DNA of 64,000 nt. Source: Candidatus Omnitrophota bacterium (GTDB lineage: Bacteria; Omnitrophota; Gorgyraeia; Zapsychrales; JANLHA01). The stretch's first letter is position 1; each line of letters starts with the position of its first letter. Below, one piece after another: positions 15,001-27,000 of this stretch. The stretch covers positions 129 to 64,128 of the forward strand of contig JBFMEN010000052.1 of assembly GCA_040753435.1 (NCBI GenBank), in the 5' to 3' direction. A program made the translations under genes and the position numbers. The notes under the pieces are model-generated. The model worked only from the letters and a program-made list of their open reading frames with translations. It made no database searches and was not told the origin of the DNA.

Positions 15001-18000
15001 TCAAATATGCTGGAAGAAGAGTCGTCCCTGCGCGCGGAGCGGGTTGCCGCGGAAGCGGATATCAAAGAGCTGACAATATTGATTGGCGGGCTTGAAAACG
15101 AGATCTTGCTCGCGGGAAGCAATGACGCGCTGGCGGCCGCGAGAGAAGAGCAGATCAGACTGGCCCGGGAACAAAAAGCTATTCTGGAGGACAGGATTGT
15201 AAATATCGATAAACAGCTTTGGATTTATGATGTTAAACGGATCAATCCGGAGCTGTATGAAGACGCCCTGAACCAGATGGCTTCCGAATTTATTACAAGA
15301 AGCATTGATCTTCTTGACAGAATGATCGCCTTGCAAAAAGAGCAGTCTGAATTCGCGGTCAGCTCAACAACCACTCCTGTTGTCGATTTCGGCGGGCTCG
15401 ACAATGTTTATCTCGTCGATCCGGCCAAGGCAAGGATATATGCCGGTCAATTATTGAGCGACGGCGAAAAAGAGATCGAGGGAATCAGGAAGGCGATGGA
15501 AGAGAACAAGGCTGTTTTAACTCCGGAAACGGTCTTGTTGTACGATCGTTATGTCAAAGAGTTCTTCCCGCTGCGCGATGCTTATGCCGCCGCCCTGAAA
15601 GAAGCGGCAAATGCCGTTACCTCGGGAGTTCCCGAAGATATTCTCGAAGCCCACAAGAAACTGGCTTTGGCTGAAAAAGCGATGGAGAGCAAACGCGAAG
15701 AAATCTTCGGGCAACTGGAACAACTGCTGGTTAACGGAAATTATTACACGCCGGAACACACTGCTGAAGTCATGAAATGGCTGACGTTCCAGAAAGAATT
15801 GGCGATTGAAGCCGCGAGAAAATTCTTCGCCCGGCGCGGCGCCAACAATCCTCATTTCCACTTGTTGAACGCCATGACAGCGATGGCCAGGACCAATATC
15901 GGGGCCGTTAATGCCGCCAGCGCCGTTCTTGACAAACGGATGGATTTAAAGAGCCTGGAGCGCGATGTCGAAAAAGAACAGCGCAAGTCGGTAGCCTTGA
16001 TCGCCGAATATAACAGGCAGCTCCAGGATCTTGAATCGCTGCTGAAGAATGCCGCCGGCAAGACGTCAACAACAAAGTTGTCGCCGGATCAGGAGAAAGA
16101 AATAAAGACATTTGTCCGTCGTTTCCACAAGGATGAGAATTCGGTTCAGGTCGTCGGGAGCCAGCTCTTCGTCAACGGGAAACCTGTTGACGAGGCCTGG
16201 ATGCCGAAGAACGGGCGAGTGACCCAGTTCATGTCGTCTGAATTTGCCAAGGGGCAGGACGGGGTTTCCAATCCTAACAGCATTGCCGCCTGGATCAACC
16301 GGAACACCGGAATCAACACATATGTAGTCACGACAAACGCGGGCGAGGGCGAAGCTGAAAAGCAGATCTTCTTTATTGAGGTGCCTTTGAGCAGGGATGC
16401 GATTAATAAATTCGAGCACACATTCGGGGCCGGGGTCGAACAGTCCGGAAGTTTTGAAGTCCATACTCCTGACGGCCAGGGCGAATATAAAGTCGAGCGA
16501 AGCCTGATCGGCGTGGACAGCATTACAAAGGTGGGCGACAGGATAGAGTTCAGCGTTGTGGCTTTTGGAAAATTATCCGCGGAAAAAGACGGGACGAACA
16601 CGGCCGCTTTGGCCGGCACGGTCACTTACTATATGACGGATGATAAAGAAAAAGGCGTTCGTCTGGTTGCCGATTTCGGGGCCGCCGCATCCAATAAAGA
16701 TTCAGGCGACATTGAAATGTTCGACAGGGAAGGAAGAAGCATGGGGACCACCTCGTTTGATACATTTGACAGCGCCAAATATCTGAAATTCAAATTCGTA
16801 AAGCCGGTTGCCGAAGGCGTTGCCGTCGGTCTTGGCGGAGAGATCATCAGAGAAGGGGATTTCTCGGGATTGATTAAGGGCGAACAGAAGATGTACCCGG
16901 TCACAAGCGTTGACATCGATCATATTTTGAATTCCGAGACGGCAAAAGCCAGGGCCGAATATGCCGCGCAACTCGCGGTGAAGGGTATTCCTGACAGCAA
17001 TAGAAAGCAGGAACTTTATAACCAGGTATATCAGCACGTTTTGAGCAAAGAACAAATCAGAATCAAGGCCTCACTGGAGCAGGCTCTCGGCTTTGATGTC
17101 ACCCGGTTCCAGGCAAGCGTCGGACGGGTTTGGGCCAGGTATCAACGGACGGAAGGGGCCCAGTCTTACGGAGCGGGAGCAGACATTATCGATAATGGAA
17201 CGGTAAACATGGGAGCAGGAGTCTCGGTCGATCGCTTTGGCAGGCCCAATGTTACGTTTAACGGCGGATACAATGACTGGCTTTCATTCAACGCAGGGTT
17301 CAACAGCCGCACTCCCGCCCTGGCGCTGACCGTCGATCTCTTTAAACTGGTCAGCGGTCTTGGCGGCGATACTGACAGCACTGCTTTGAAAGCGCTCCAG
17401 ACTTCTGATGAATTCGGCTTCCTGTTCGCGATGAGAAAGGCCGGGGTCGACAATCCTGAAGAGGTCGTCGGGGCCATTAAAGAGTTGCGCGAAGTGTTCC
17501 TGAAGGCGGGCAGCCTGGAGGAAGCCCTCGATCATGAGGCGGTCCGGCAGAGAGGGCTTGCCCAAATATTGCGCAAGGGTGAAGTGATCCGCGCCCTGGC
17601 CATCGTTGCCAATGGAGAAGAACAATATGTGAAACATGATATTAATGAGTTTCCGGAAGCTTTCAGAGCGACGCTGTCCGTGCCCGAAGAACACACTCCG
17701 CTTAAAGAAGTGGAGACAAAAGTGACGATGACGAAGGAAAGCGCGCGTCTTAACATGGATCATGTAAGGGAAGACAGGGACCTCTTTGATTCGCCCATCT
17801 ATACATATCAGGCCACGCTGAAAATGATGAGACTCGAAGCCGATATTCAAAATAACGATAATTTCACAAGCATCTTTAGGTTCATCGGCGATCTTCCCCA
17901 GGGCGGGAACAGGACCCAGAGGAGTTTCGCCCGGACTCTCGGCAGCCTGGATGAAAACGAAAGAAAAGAGCTTTCGATCCTGAAGGACGGCAGCCGCTAT

Positions 18001-21000
18001 GGCCTGAGGTTGACCCGTGGAGGAGAGACCAGGGTCCTTCCGCTTGGCGGAGATGACACCCTTGTGATCACTCCTGAAGACGCCGAGAAAGCCGGCATCA
18101 GAAATACGACGGGCTTGCCGATCATTGTTGAAGACAAATCCATTCTGATGAACGAACTGGCGGGCTATCTTGAAAAAGGCCAGGAGGGCTATTATATCGT
18201 TCCGGGAGAAGGAATTTTCGCGATTGAAGACAGGCATCTCAATGATGATTTGACTGATGGCAATGATCTGACTGACGGCGCCATCCCGTTTGTCGACAAA
18301 GATAATGACGGCGAAAATGATGTTGTAGTTGAATTCTCTCCCGGCGCCCTGGCCAGGGTTCATAAACTGCATAACCAGATCGTCGACGGCAAAGTGGTCT
18401 TCATGACGGATGATCAGGTGTTGTGGCGGCTGCTGATTGTTAGCCCGAAGGATGTTGCCCGTGCCGATATGGCAAAGAAGGGTCTGACTCCGCCGCAGAT
18501 CGAGGAAGAGGTCCGCAAGGCCAAACAGAGCCCGCTGGTTAACATGAAGAATTATGATCCGGAGATCAAGGCGCCTTATGTGCTGGTCACCAAAGCCACA
18601 GCGGACAAGATCAGAGAAAAGATTTCAGCCAATGAAAAGGTAGATTCGTTGCGCAAGAATCTGACCGGCGAGGGCGGGATGAAGAAATCAGTCAGGGCTG
18701 CGCATGTTGAAGCGGAAATTATCTCGGCGGTAAACGACAGCATGTTCAACGAAACCAAAAAGGCTTTGGAGAACGGCGTCGGATACAAGTTCCGGTCAAA
18801 GAATGTTTCGACAGACGCTGTTGATTGCAGTGGATGGGTAAGACATCTTCTCAAAAACGCGTCCGAAACTGTCAATTTCGTCTCCGGCGCCAGTATTTTT
18901 GATACCACAAACATGCCCGTTTATGCCGCGGGTATTATCGAACACATCGCGGCCATGGCTCCTCAACCGGTTCTTTCAAATGAAGAAATAAGCGTTGAAA
19001 ACATGAGAGAAGGCATGGTGGTTGGAATAGACACTGGCCGCAAGAGCTGGGATGCCGGCCGGGAACGGGGCATTGATCATATCGCGGTCGTTTTAAGAAA
19101 TCCGGATACCGGCGAGATGATCGTTTCGGAAAGCCGTTCACAAATGGGCGTTATGACAATGGGAGCCGAAGAATGGCTTGCGGAACAAAACGCGGAAGGT
19201 CACAAGCTTTTTGCCGTTAACTTATTTGTCCCGTTAGACAGAAGAGCGGTCAAGCAAGGATTTGAAGACAGAGTTCCGAAGGCCGGGGTCAGCGATTATC
19301 CCGGGACATCAAGCGCGTTTGAAACGAAGGCGGCAAAAATTGCTGTTGACCTCGGGATGAATCCGGACGACCTGATGTCTATCATGTCCTTTGAATCCGG
19401 GTTGAATCCGAAAGCCAGAAACAGGAACGGATCAGGGGCGACGGGCTTGATTCAATTCATGCCTTCTACAGCCAGGGATCTCGGCACGACAACCCAAGCC
19501 CTCGCCGCGATGTCGGACATTGAACAGCTGGATTTCGTTTATGAATATCTGAAGCCGTTCAGAGGACAATTAGGGACAATCGAAGACGCTTATATGGCTG
19601 TCCTTTATCCGAAAGCAGTCGGGCAGGGACCAGAGTATACGCTCTTTACCGAAGAGACGGCCGCTTATAGACAGAACAGGGGATTGGACATAGACAGGAA
19701 CGGCAGCATTACTGCCGGCGAAGCGGTTGACGTCATGCTTCGTGTCAGCAAGAACCGCAGAGTCCTGGGCGGTTTTGAAACATCTCTGCCGGTCAAGGCG
19801 GGACAGGTTTATGACCTTGCCGCGGTTCAGAGAAAAGGTATGATCGGGTATTCCGGCGAGTCGATTAGCAGCAAACAAGACGGGATGACTGCGGAAACTG
19901 TCGGGAATGAGGCTGAAGAATTATCGTCAACAGAGGCCGATCCGGCAGCAGAAGTCATGGAAGCGGAAAAAGACGTGACCGGGGCTGAATTGCGCAAAGA
20001 GCTGAAAACAAAAGAAAACGAGCTTGAGGCCGTCGAGCAGGAGATTTTGAAAGGACAAAACAGGAAGGCGCTTGAACAGGATGCCGGGGAGTTGAATGAT
20101 CGACGGAAAGAAGTTGATGATGAGATTAGATTGCTTGAGGAACAGTTGAGAAAAATTTCTCTAAACAGCCGCCAGGGGAACGCGCAGCCCGCCGGCGCTT
20201 CCGCCGCTATTGCCGGCATGGTTGGAGAATTGTTATCGCCGGCCTCCGCGTTCGCGCAGAACTCGCCGTCTGCCGACGCCAGCGCAGACGCGATCAGAGC
20301 CGAACTCGACAGGAAAGTTCCGGTTCGCGGGGTGACATATTCTCCGGTTCCAGAAGGCGGAGAGAAGATGGAAGGCATTAACTGGGATAATCATTTGAGC
20401 GACATCACCTTATTGAAACAGATGGGCGTTAATACGATCCGTACGTATTATCCGATCACATCGAAAAAATTCCTCGACGCTTTGGCGAAGAATAATATCA
20501 AGGCGATTGTTAATATTCCGAATTATGATGACCGAAGAGTTTCCGGTCCGGATATCAGTACCGGCACTTATAAAAATTATATTAAACAGTTTAAGGATCA
20601 TCCGGCCATCCTGATGTGGGAATTCGGTAATGAGTATAATTATCATCCGGAATGGTTTGGCGGAAATATCAATAACTGGTACAGGATTCTGGAAAATGCT
20701 GCGCAGACCGCGAAACAAATCGATCCGACCCGTAAAGTGGCAACGGCTCACGGCGAACTTCCGGATGCCGGTGCGGTTAAAATGGCTCCGTCAGTCGATG
20801 TCTGGGGAGTAAACGTATACAGAAACGGTGATCCGACGGAAATTTATGATGCCTGGAAGCGCATGCAGGCCGGCAATCAGATCAGGAAAGGACTTCAGTT
20901 ATATATTTCCGAAACGGGAACGGACGCTTTCGACAGCAGATTCGGCAGTGAAGATCAGAGAAATCAGGCAGAGACGGCCAGGCAGATCTGGCAGAACATT

Positions 21001-24000
21001 TTCGCAAAGGCCGATCCTCAAATCTTCCTCGGCGTGACATTTATGACATTCGCCGATGAATGGTGGAAGTCCGGGAACGCTTCGACGCATGATACGCACG
21101 GCTCCGATTTAAGCGTCTCCGGAGACGGCCAGACCAATGAAGAATGGTGGGGATTCGTCGATGTGAACCGTAATCCTCGCCGGGTTTTCGAAGAATTCAG
21201 GAAGTTGTGGGGCGGTTTGGGCGAAGAGAAGAAAGATCTTGATGCGATGTCGAAGGCCGGGATCGAGAAGAGACTGGAACAGTTAAAGGCCCAGCGCGCG
21301 GATCTGGTCAAACAACAGGCGGAAAAAGCGGCCGAGCTGAAGAAAACCGAGCCGGTTGATGTTTCCAGCCTTGAAGCCAAACAGCGGATACGGCAGACGC
21401 TCAGGGCTGAAATTGAGGACATTCGTCAGAAATTATCCGCCGAAGAAAGAGAAGCCCGGCCAATCATAGGCGAACCCGATGACGGCGACGAAGAAAAAAC
21501 TCCGTCCGCGGCTTACAGCATTCCCGCGGTTGAGGAGTTTATGCGGGATAAATTCGCTGTTCCCGGTGAAAACGGAATCGAATATCTCAGACAGGAAGAA
21601 GCCGAAGCGCTTTTAGGTAAAAAGCTTAACTGGGAGCCTGGAGATACAGCTGCTAGCGACTGGAAGTTAAAAAACAAGGCGGGGGAGATTATCGGATTAT
21701 CTCAGCAGCTGCTTGATCTTAGCGCGGCTTTCAAGGCAGGCAAGTTATATTATGATGCGAAGGGCAACTTCTCATATACAGGCAATCCGGAAGACAGGGT
21801 TGTCGCAACAATCAATAATAATATGCAATTCTTCCTTCCGTTCACGCCGAGGATGATTAAAGACTATCGTGAAAAAGGCATGTACCGGTTAGACCGGCAC
21901 GAAATATTTAAATTCAACACCAAGTATGTTTACTTCCTTGATAAGAATATGAACGATCGAGGCGACGAAGGCGAGTTTAAGTATAGTGACATTCAAGAAA
22001 AGGATGAAAAATTGCTGGCGCAGGGATACCAACCCTTAAGAACCGCCAAGGTCAAAAATATTCCGATCTATGATGAAGACGGAAACTTTACTGGAGAAGT
22101 TGATACAAAGGAATACCCGATTACGATGAATGATGAAGGCCGTGCGATTTTTGATCAATGGGACAACATTCTAAGAGGCGGCAGACAAGTCTGGCACGGA
22201 GGGCTGACGTTGGCTCCGATCGGCAAGAAGTCGTATGCGGATTTGGACGGCGGCGGCGAAAAGCTTGATGAAATAACTCCGAGAGCTGTCGATGCCGAGT
22301 TTATCAGAAAGGATTACAGAGAAACCGATAATAAATATGTTTATTACCAAATCCTCGAAATCCAGAACCGTTTTAACGGCGAAGTTCGTCAGGAAATTCA
22401 GAAGATTCGCAAAGATCCGGATCATCCTGGGACAAACTATTCACGGCTAGTGAGAAAATATGAAGGCGTCTACAAAAACGGCAGCTTTGTCCCGAGGAAG
22501 GTGACGGTTTTCGGTTACAACGGATTCCATAATGTCCCAAGTACATCAACGACATATTTCACAAATGGAGAGGGTGTCATCACGGATGCTAAAGGAAATA
22601 TTCTTGATGAGAAGGATTTGAAAACAGAGTTCGATTCTCGGGCAACGACATTGGAGAAAACAGAAGCAAAGAAAAATACCGAAGGCCACATTTTCTCTAA
22701 TATTGAAAATAAGACAATCAACTTGAGTCTGGAAGAAGAAAAGGATCGGCAAGGACGCGTGATCAGAACTGTCGAAGGTGATAAAGTTTCTACTTTGTTC
22801 TATGAAGGTCCGGCCGGCGCGATTGATCTTTCATACAAAGGCGAAACCCGCGTCAATGGAAGGCTGATTGATGAAAACCTTCTCTATTATGCCAGTGGCG
22901 ACCGGATTAAAGATATCAGTAAAGCGGATGTTTATAGATTATTTAACGGTGAACATATCATCTTTTATCGTGGTTACAAGTATTATCAGATTTCTTCTGA
23001 GGAAGGGGAAGAGGTAACCATTGCCGTTCCTTATCAGCAGATCAAGAACGCGAAAGGTCAGATTATCGAGACGCGTCTTGGAAGCGGGGAATGGGAAGAC
23101 TTTGCTCCGTCAGAAAAAGGCGCCAAATTGATGAGGCCGGGAGAGCCCTTCAGCAATACATACACGACCTATAGTTTCTACCTTGATGAACTGGGCAAAG
23201 GCGCTGTTCACTGTTTTGATTCGCCGGATGTCGCTATTAAGACAGTCCGGACAGTGACCCAAAACGGAGTCGAGGAGATCGAAGCTTTTGCCAACACGAC
23301 AAGGCTGGTGGATGGAATTATCCGTTATAAAACTAAGCGCGGGCTTGTTGAAGACAGCGTTAACCAAAAGTTTGCCCAGGCAGAAGATAAGCGCAAGTGG
23401 TTATTGGATTATTTGAAAGACAGCAAGCATGAAGGAGACATTCCTTTTGGATATATTATGGAATCCAAGGATGAACGCAAAGACGGCGAAGGGCAGCTTA
23501 AGATCCTTTTGACAGACGCCAGGGAATTCAATCAATTCGGGTTTCAGAAAGACGGCGCGATCAAGTACATTACATTCCTGGATTATCCGGCTAAAGGCGA
23601 TGACCGTGTTGTCATATCCAGTGTGACGTATGAAGTAAAGCGTGACGAAGGCGGGATCATAGAGGACAGGGGCGCATATGCGGATGAAAAACAGATCGTT
23701 ACGGATGGCAATTCCCGTATAGTGATTGCAACTGTACTCGAGATTAATCGTGAAGGCCGAGAGGTTGCGGTTAAAGTTCCGGTTATTGTGACCAGTACGC
23801 ATGATGAGAGGCGTTCCAAGCAGAGCATTACGAACCGCGCGGTAAGACTTGATGATGGACGACTGCTCGCTGAATTCCATACCGGCAAGCCCCTGCGTGA
23901 TAATAAATTAATCGTGCTCTTTAATGGTCAGCAGTTGCCGGTTTCAACTGAACGCATTGATTGTTTAACTATGAAAAAGGGAGAGCCTGTTTTTGAACAC

Positions 24001-27000
24001 GGTCTCGAATCGATTAAAAACCGTTCCGCCTATAAGGAACATAAAACCGTATTGATCAAGGGCGAAACCGCTAAATATTGGGTTTATGATATTGATGCTC
24101 GCGATCATGTTGAATGGGGCGTCTACTCTTTCCGTGATAATACGGCCTTTATGGATAATGAGTTTGTGGCAGGTCATCAGATAAGGAAGGAAGTGCCATT
24201 TATTCAATTTATGGATGAAAAACAGGCAGAGGCCGTTGCTCAACGTAATGGAACATTGTATGAGAACGACATGCCGCAATTCCGTAAAGACAACCGCTAT
24301 ACTCCGCGGGTTTATTTACCGCAAAGTGAAAAGTTCAGTTCTTGGGAGTTTATTGAAAATCAAATTAATCATGTTAAGCACAACAGCTTCAGCACTAATT
24401 TCTCCTTCCGATTGCTTGATACATGGCTGACGTCGTTTAGTTTTATCTTAGGCGGCCTTGTCGGTATTCCGATTCTGACACTGATGCTGCTGCGAATGAC
24501 ATCACTCTTTATGGAACTGGTGATGAGGATTTTTGTCACTAGCAGAAAGGATGTTGTGCTGGCTAAGACAGCCAGGTTGCGGTATCGGTTGAGCGAATAT
24601 ACCAGAAAGACGATTCATGGCGAGACGAAAGAAGTTGCCAATTCTCAAGCAGCGTCGTCGCAGACAGTGACCCGCAAGGAACTGGAGGTGTGGGTTAGAG
24701 ATTTCAATTATGAGAAAACGTTTATCGATTATCTGGAAAGCAGAATTAATAGTGATGAGTTTAAAGACAAGAGCAAAGAAGAAAAGAAAAGCTTTGTTGA
24801 GAAGAGAGTGCGTTTTTGGACTAACCTGATTTGGTATCACGCCGGGCTTGGAGGCCTTTTTGTCCATATGAAATCAGGTCAGATGTATCTATTCCGTAAA
24901 GGTTTCATCTTCACTCCAACTGAATTGAAGTTCTTGATTCGATATCATAATGAAAAGGGACAAGATGTTGAGAATTTCAAGCTGAGAAACGGCCAGACTT
25001 TAGGTGAGCTGATCGAAATGGATATTTTTAAAGCCCCGATCTCGTCTATGGTCCCAGATCAACAGAAGTATTTGATCGAAGATATTGTTGACCTTATCCG
25101 CGCATATCTCCAGGAAAAATATGAAGAGAAGCGGGATGTTCGGATTCTAAAATGGACGTTTAGTGTGCGCACCAAGTTTACACTTTTCAAATATCCGATG
25201 ACTCGGATTTGGTTTAATTTTGTTACTTATCCGTCTCTGATTTTGCGCGTGTTCACATCCCGTAAGGAATTTAATAATAAAAAACTGACTGACTCTGAAC
25301 AGGCCAAGCTGAAAGTAGCCCGGCGCTTCTGGATGACGGGATTGAGTGAGTGGTTGCTTTTGAATGCTGTCCTGATTTGGGCTTCCGTTTATTTTGGCTT
25401 CGGCATTATCGACGGCTGGGTTTTTGTCGGTTCGGCCCTGATTCTGGGATTGCACCTGAAGTTGTCGTTCCGCGGCATTTTCTACTTGAATTATACGGCG
25501 GCTGAAAGGGTGCTGTCCAGAATTATGAAATACCGCGAAGTCAGAACCATGAAAGATGTTCGTCGCGTACTGCCGGAAATTCTTGAAACAGACGAAGGCC
25601 GAGAATTCTTTAATGAGGCGATCAAGTGGCTGGCCTCCGAGGGCTCATACACACATCAGCCGTATATCTCAAAAGAAAAAGTAGAGTTATTGGAAGGTAT
25701 TCTGGATGGAACGAGAAACATTGATGAGCTGAAGACGCTTGATGGTCCGGAATCAGGAGCAGGTCAATTGTTCAATGTTAAGAAGATCGGCGATGCTGAA
25801 GCGGATCAGTATCTAATTAACTGGATTAATATGTATCTCATTGATCAGATCGATATTACCTCCGAAGATCAGGTCCATCCGTTCACCATCCAGCTTTCCG
25901 GGTTTAATGAATTTGCGCGGATACGTTTTAAGGTAAAGAGCAAGGAAGATCTGAAGGTGATGAGCCGTCAAGAGTTGGAAGCGCTCAAAGAAAACAAGGA
26001 GAGGTTTGACGAGTATGTTAAAAATTTAAGCAATGACCTTGATGCTTTGGTTAGCCGAGGCTCGGTCGGAGGTATGAAGGGGGTTTTCCTTGTAGAAACC
26101 AAGTTTACCCGCATTAAGAAAACCCATATGAATCAATGGCAGTATTTTCTTGAATCCTTGGCGGAAAAAGCCGGAAAGTCAATTCCTAAAGAAGAGTACA
26201 AAGAATTGCTTGCTGTGGAGACTTCTGCGGCAGAGACATGGAGAATTCTTAATAAATTATTCAATGAGGAGGCCGAAGAGGGCAAGAAGATTAAAAATAT
26301 CGATTTTCTCATGGAAGAATTTGCGAACTTCCGCACAGAGAACTATTACAAAACTATCATGACAACGTATCAGTCAATCATCCAGCGATATCGTGTCTTG
26401 GCGCGAAGATTATTGGCTAAGAAATATTCAATAAACCTAAAAGATGTCAGTGAAGACGAGATTAACAAATGGGTTCGTTCCAGGATTCAAATGACGGTTT
26501 ATATGGATGGAGGGGCTTTCCCAGAAGATTTGGCTGGGATTTGGGCTGAACATCAGGAGGACACTCTGGAAGGTGGTTTCCGATGGACATTCGATCACCA
26601 GAAGAATTTCATGCTTATCTGGGAGAAAGCGACAGGATTATCAGCAGGAACAGAGATAGAGAGAGAATCTCTGGGGAATCCGGGAAAGACAACTTGGGAA
26701 GATCTAAAGAAAGCACTATTGAATATTATTGAAAAAGAAGAAGTTGCGAAAAATAAGAAAGACGCATTAGTTAAACTAACAAAACAATATTATAGTAATT
26801 TTGCCACTCCAGAAAACCCGGGTGACATTGTGCTTATTCAGGGTAATTTCCCGTTAATGGGAACCAAGTTCAACGGATGGGCTCAGCGTAAACCTTACAC
26901 CAAACATGAGCTCATGTTCGCTCTTGACGTTGGTCATCGTATCACGATCGGTGATATGTGGGGCCTGCCTAATGAGTTCCGCAAGTTTGAGGATCCGAAG

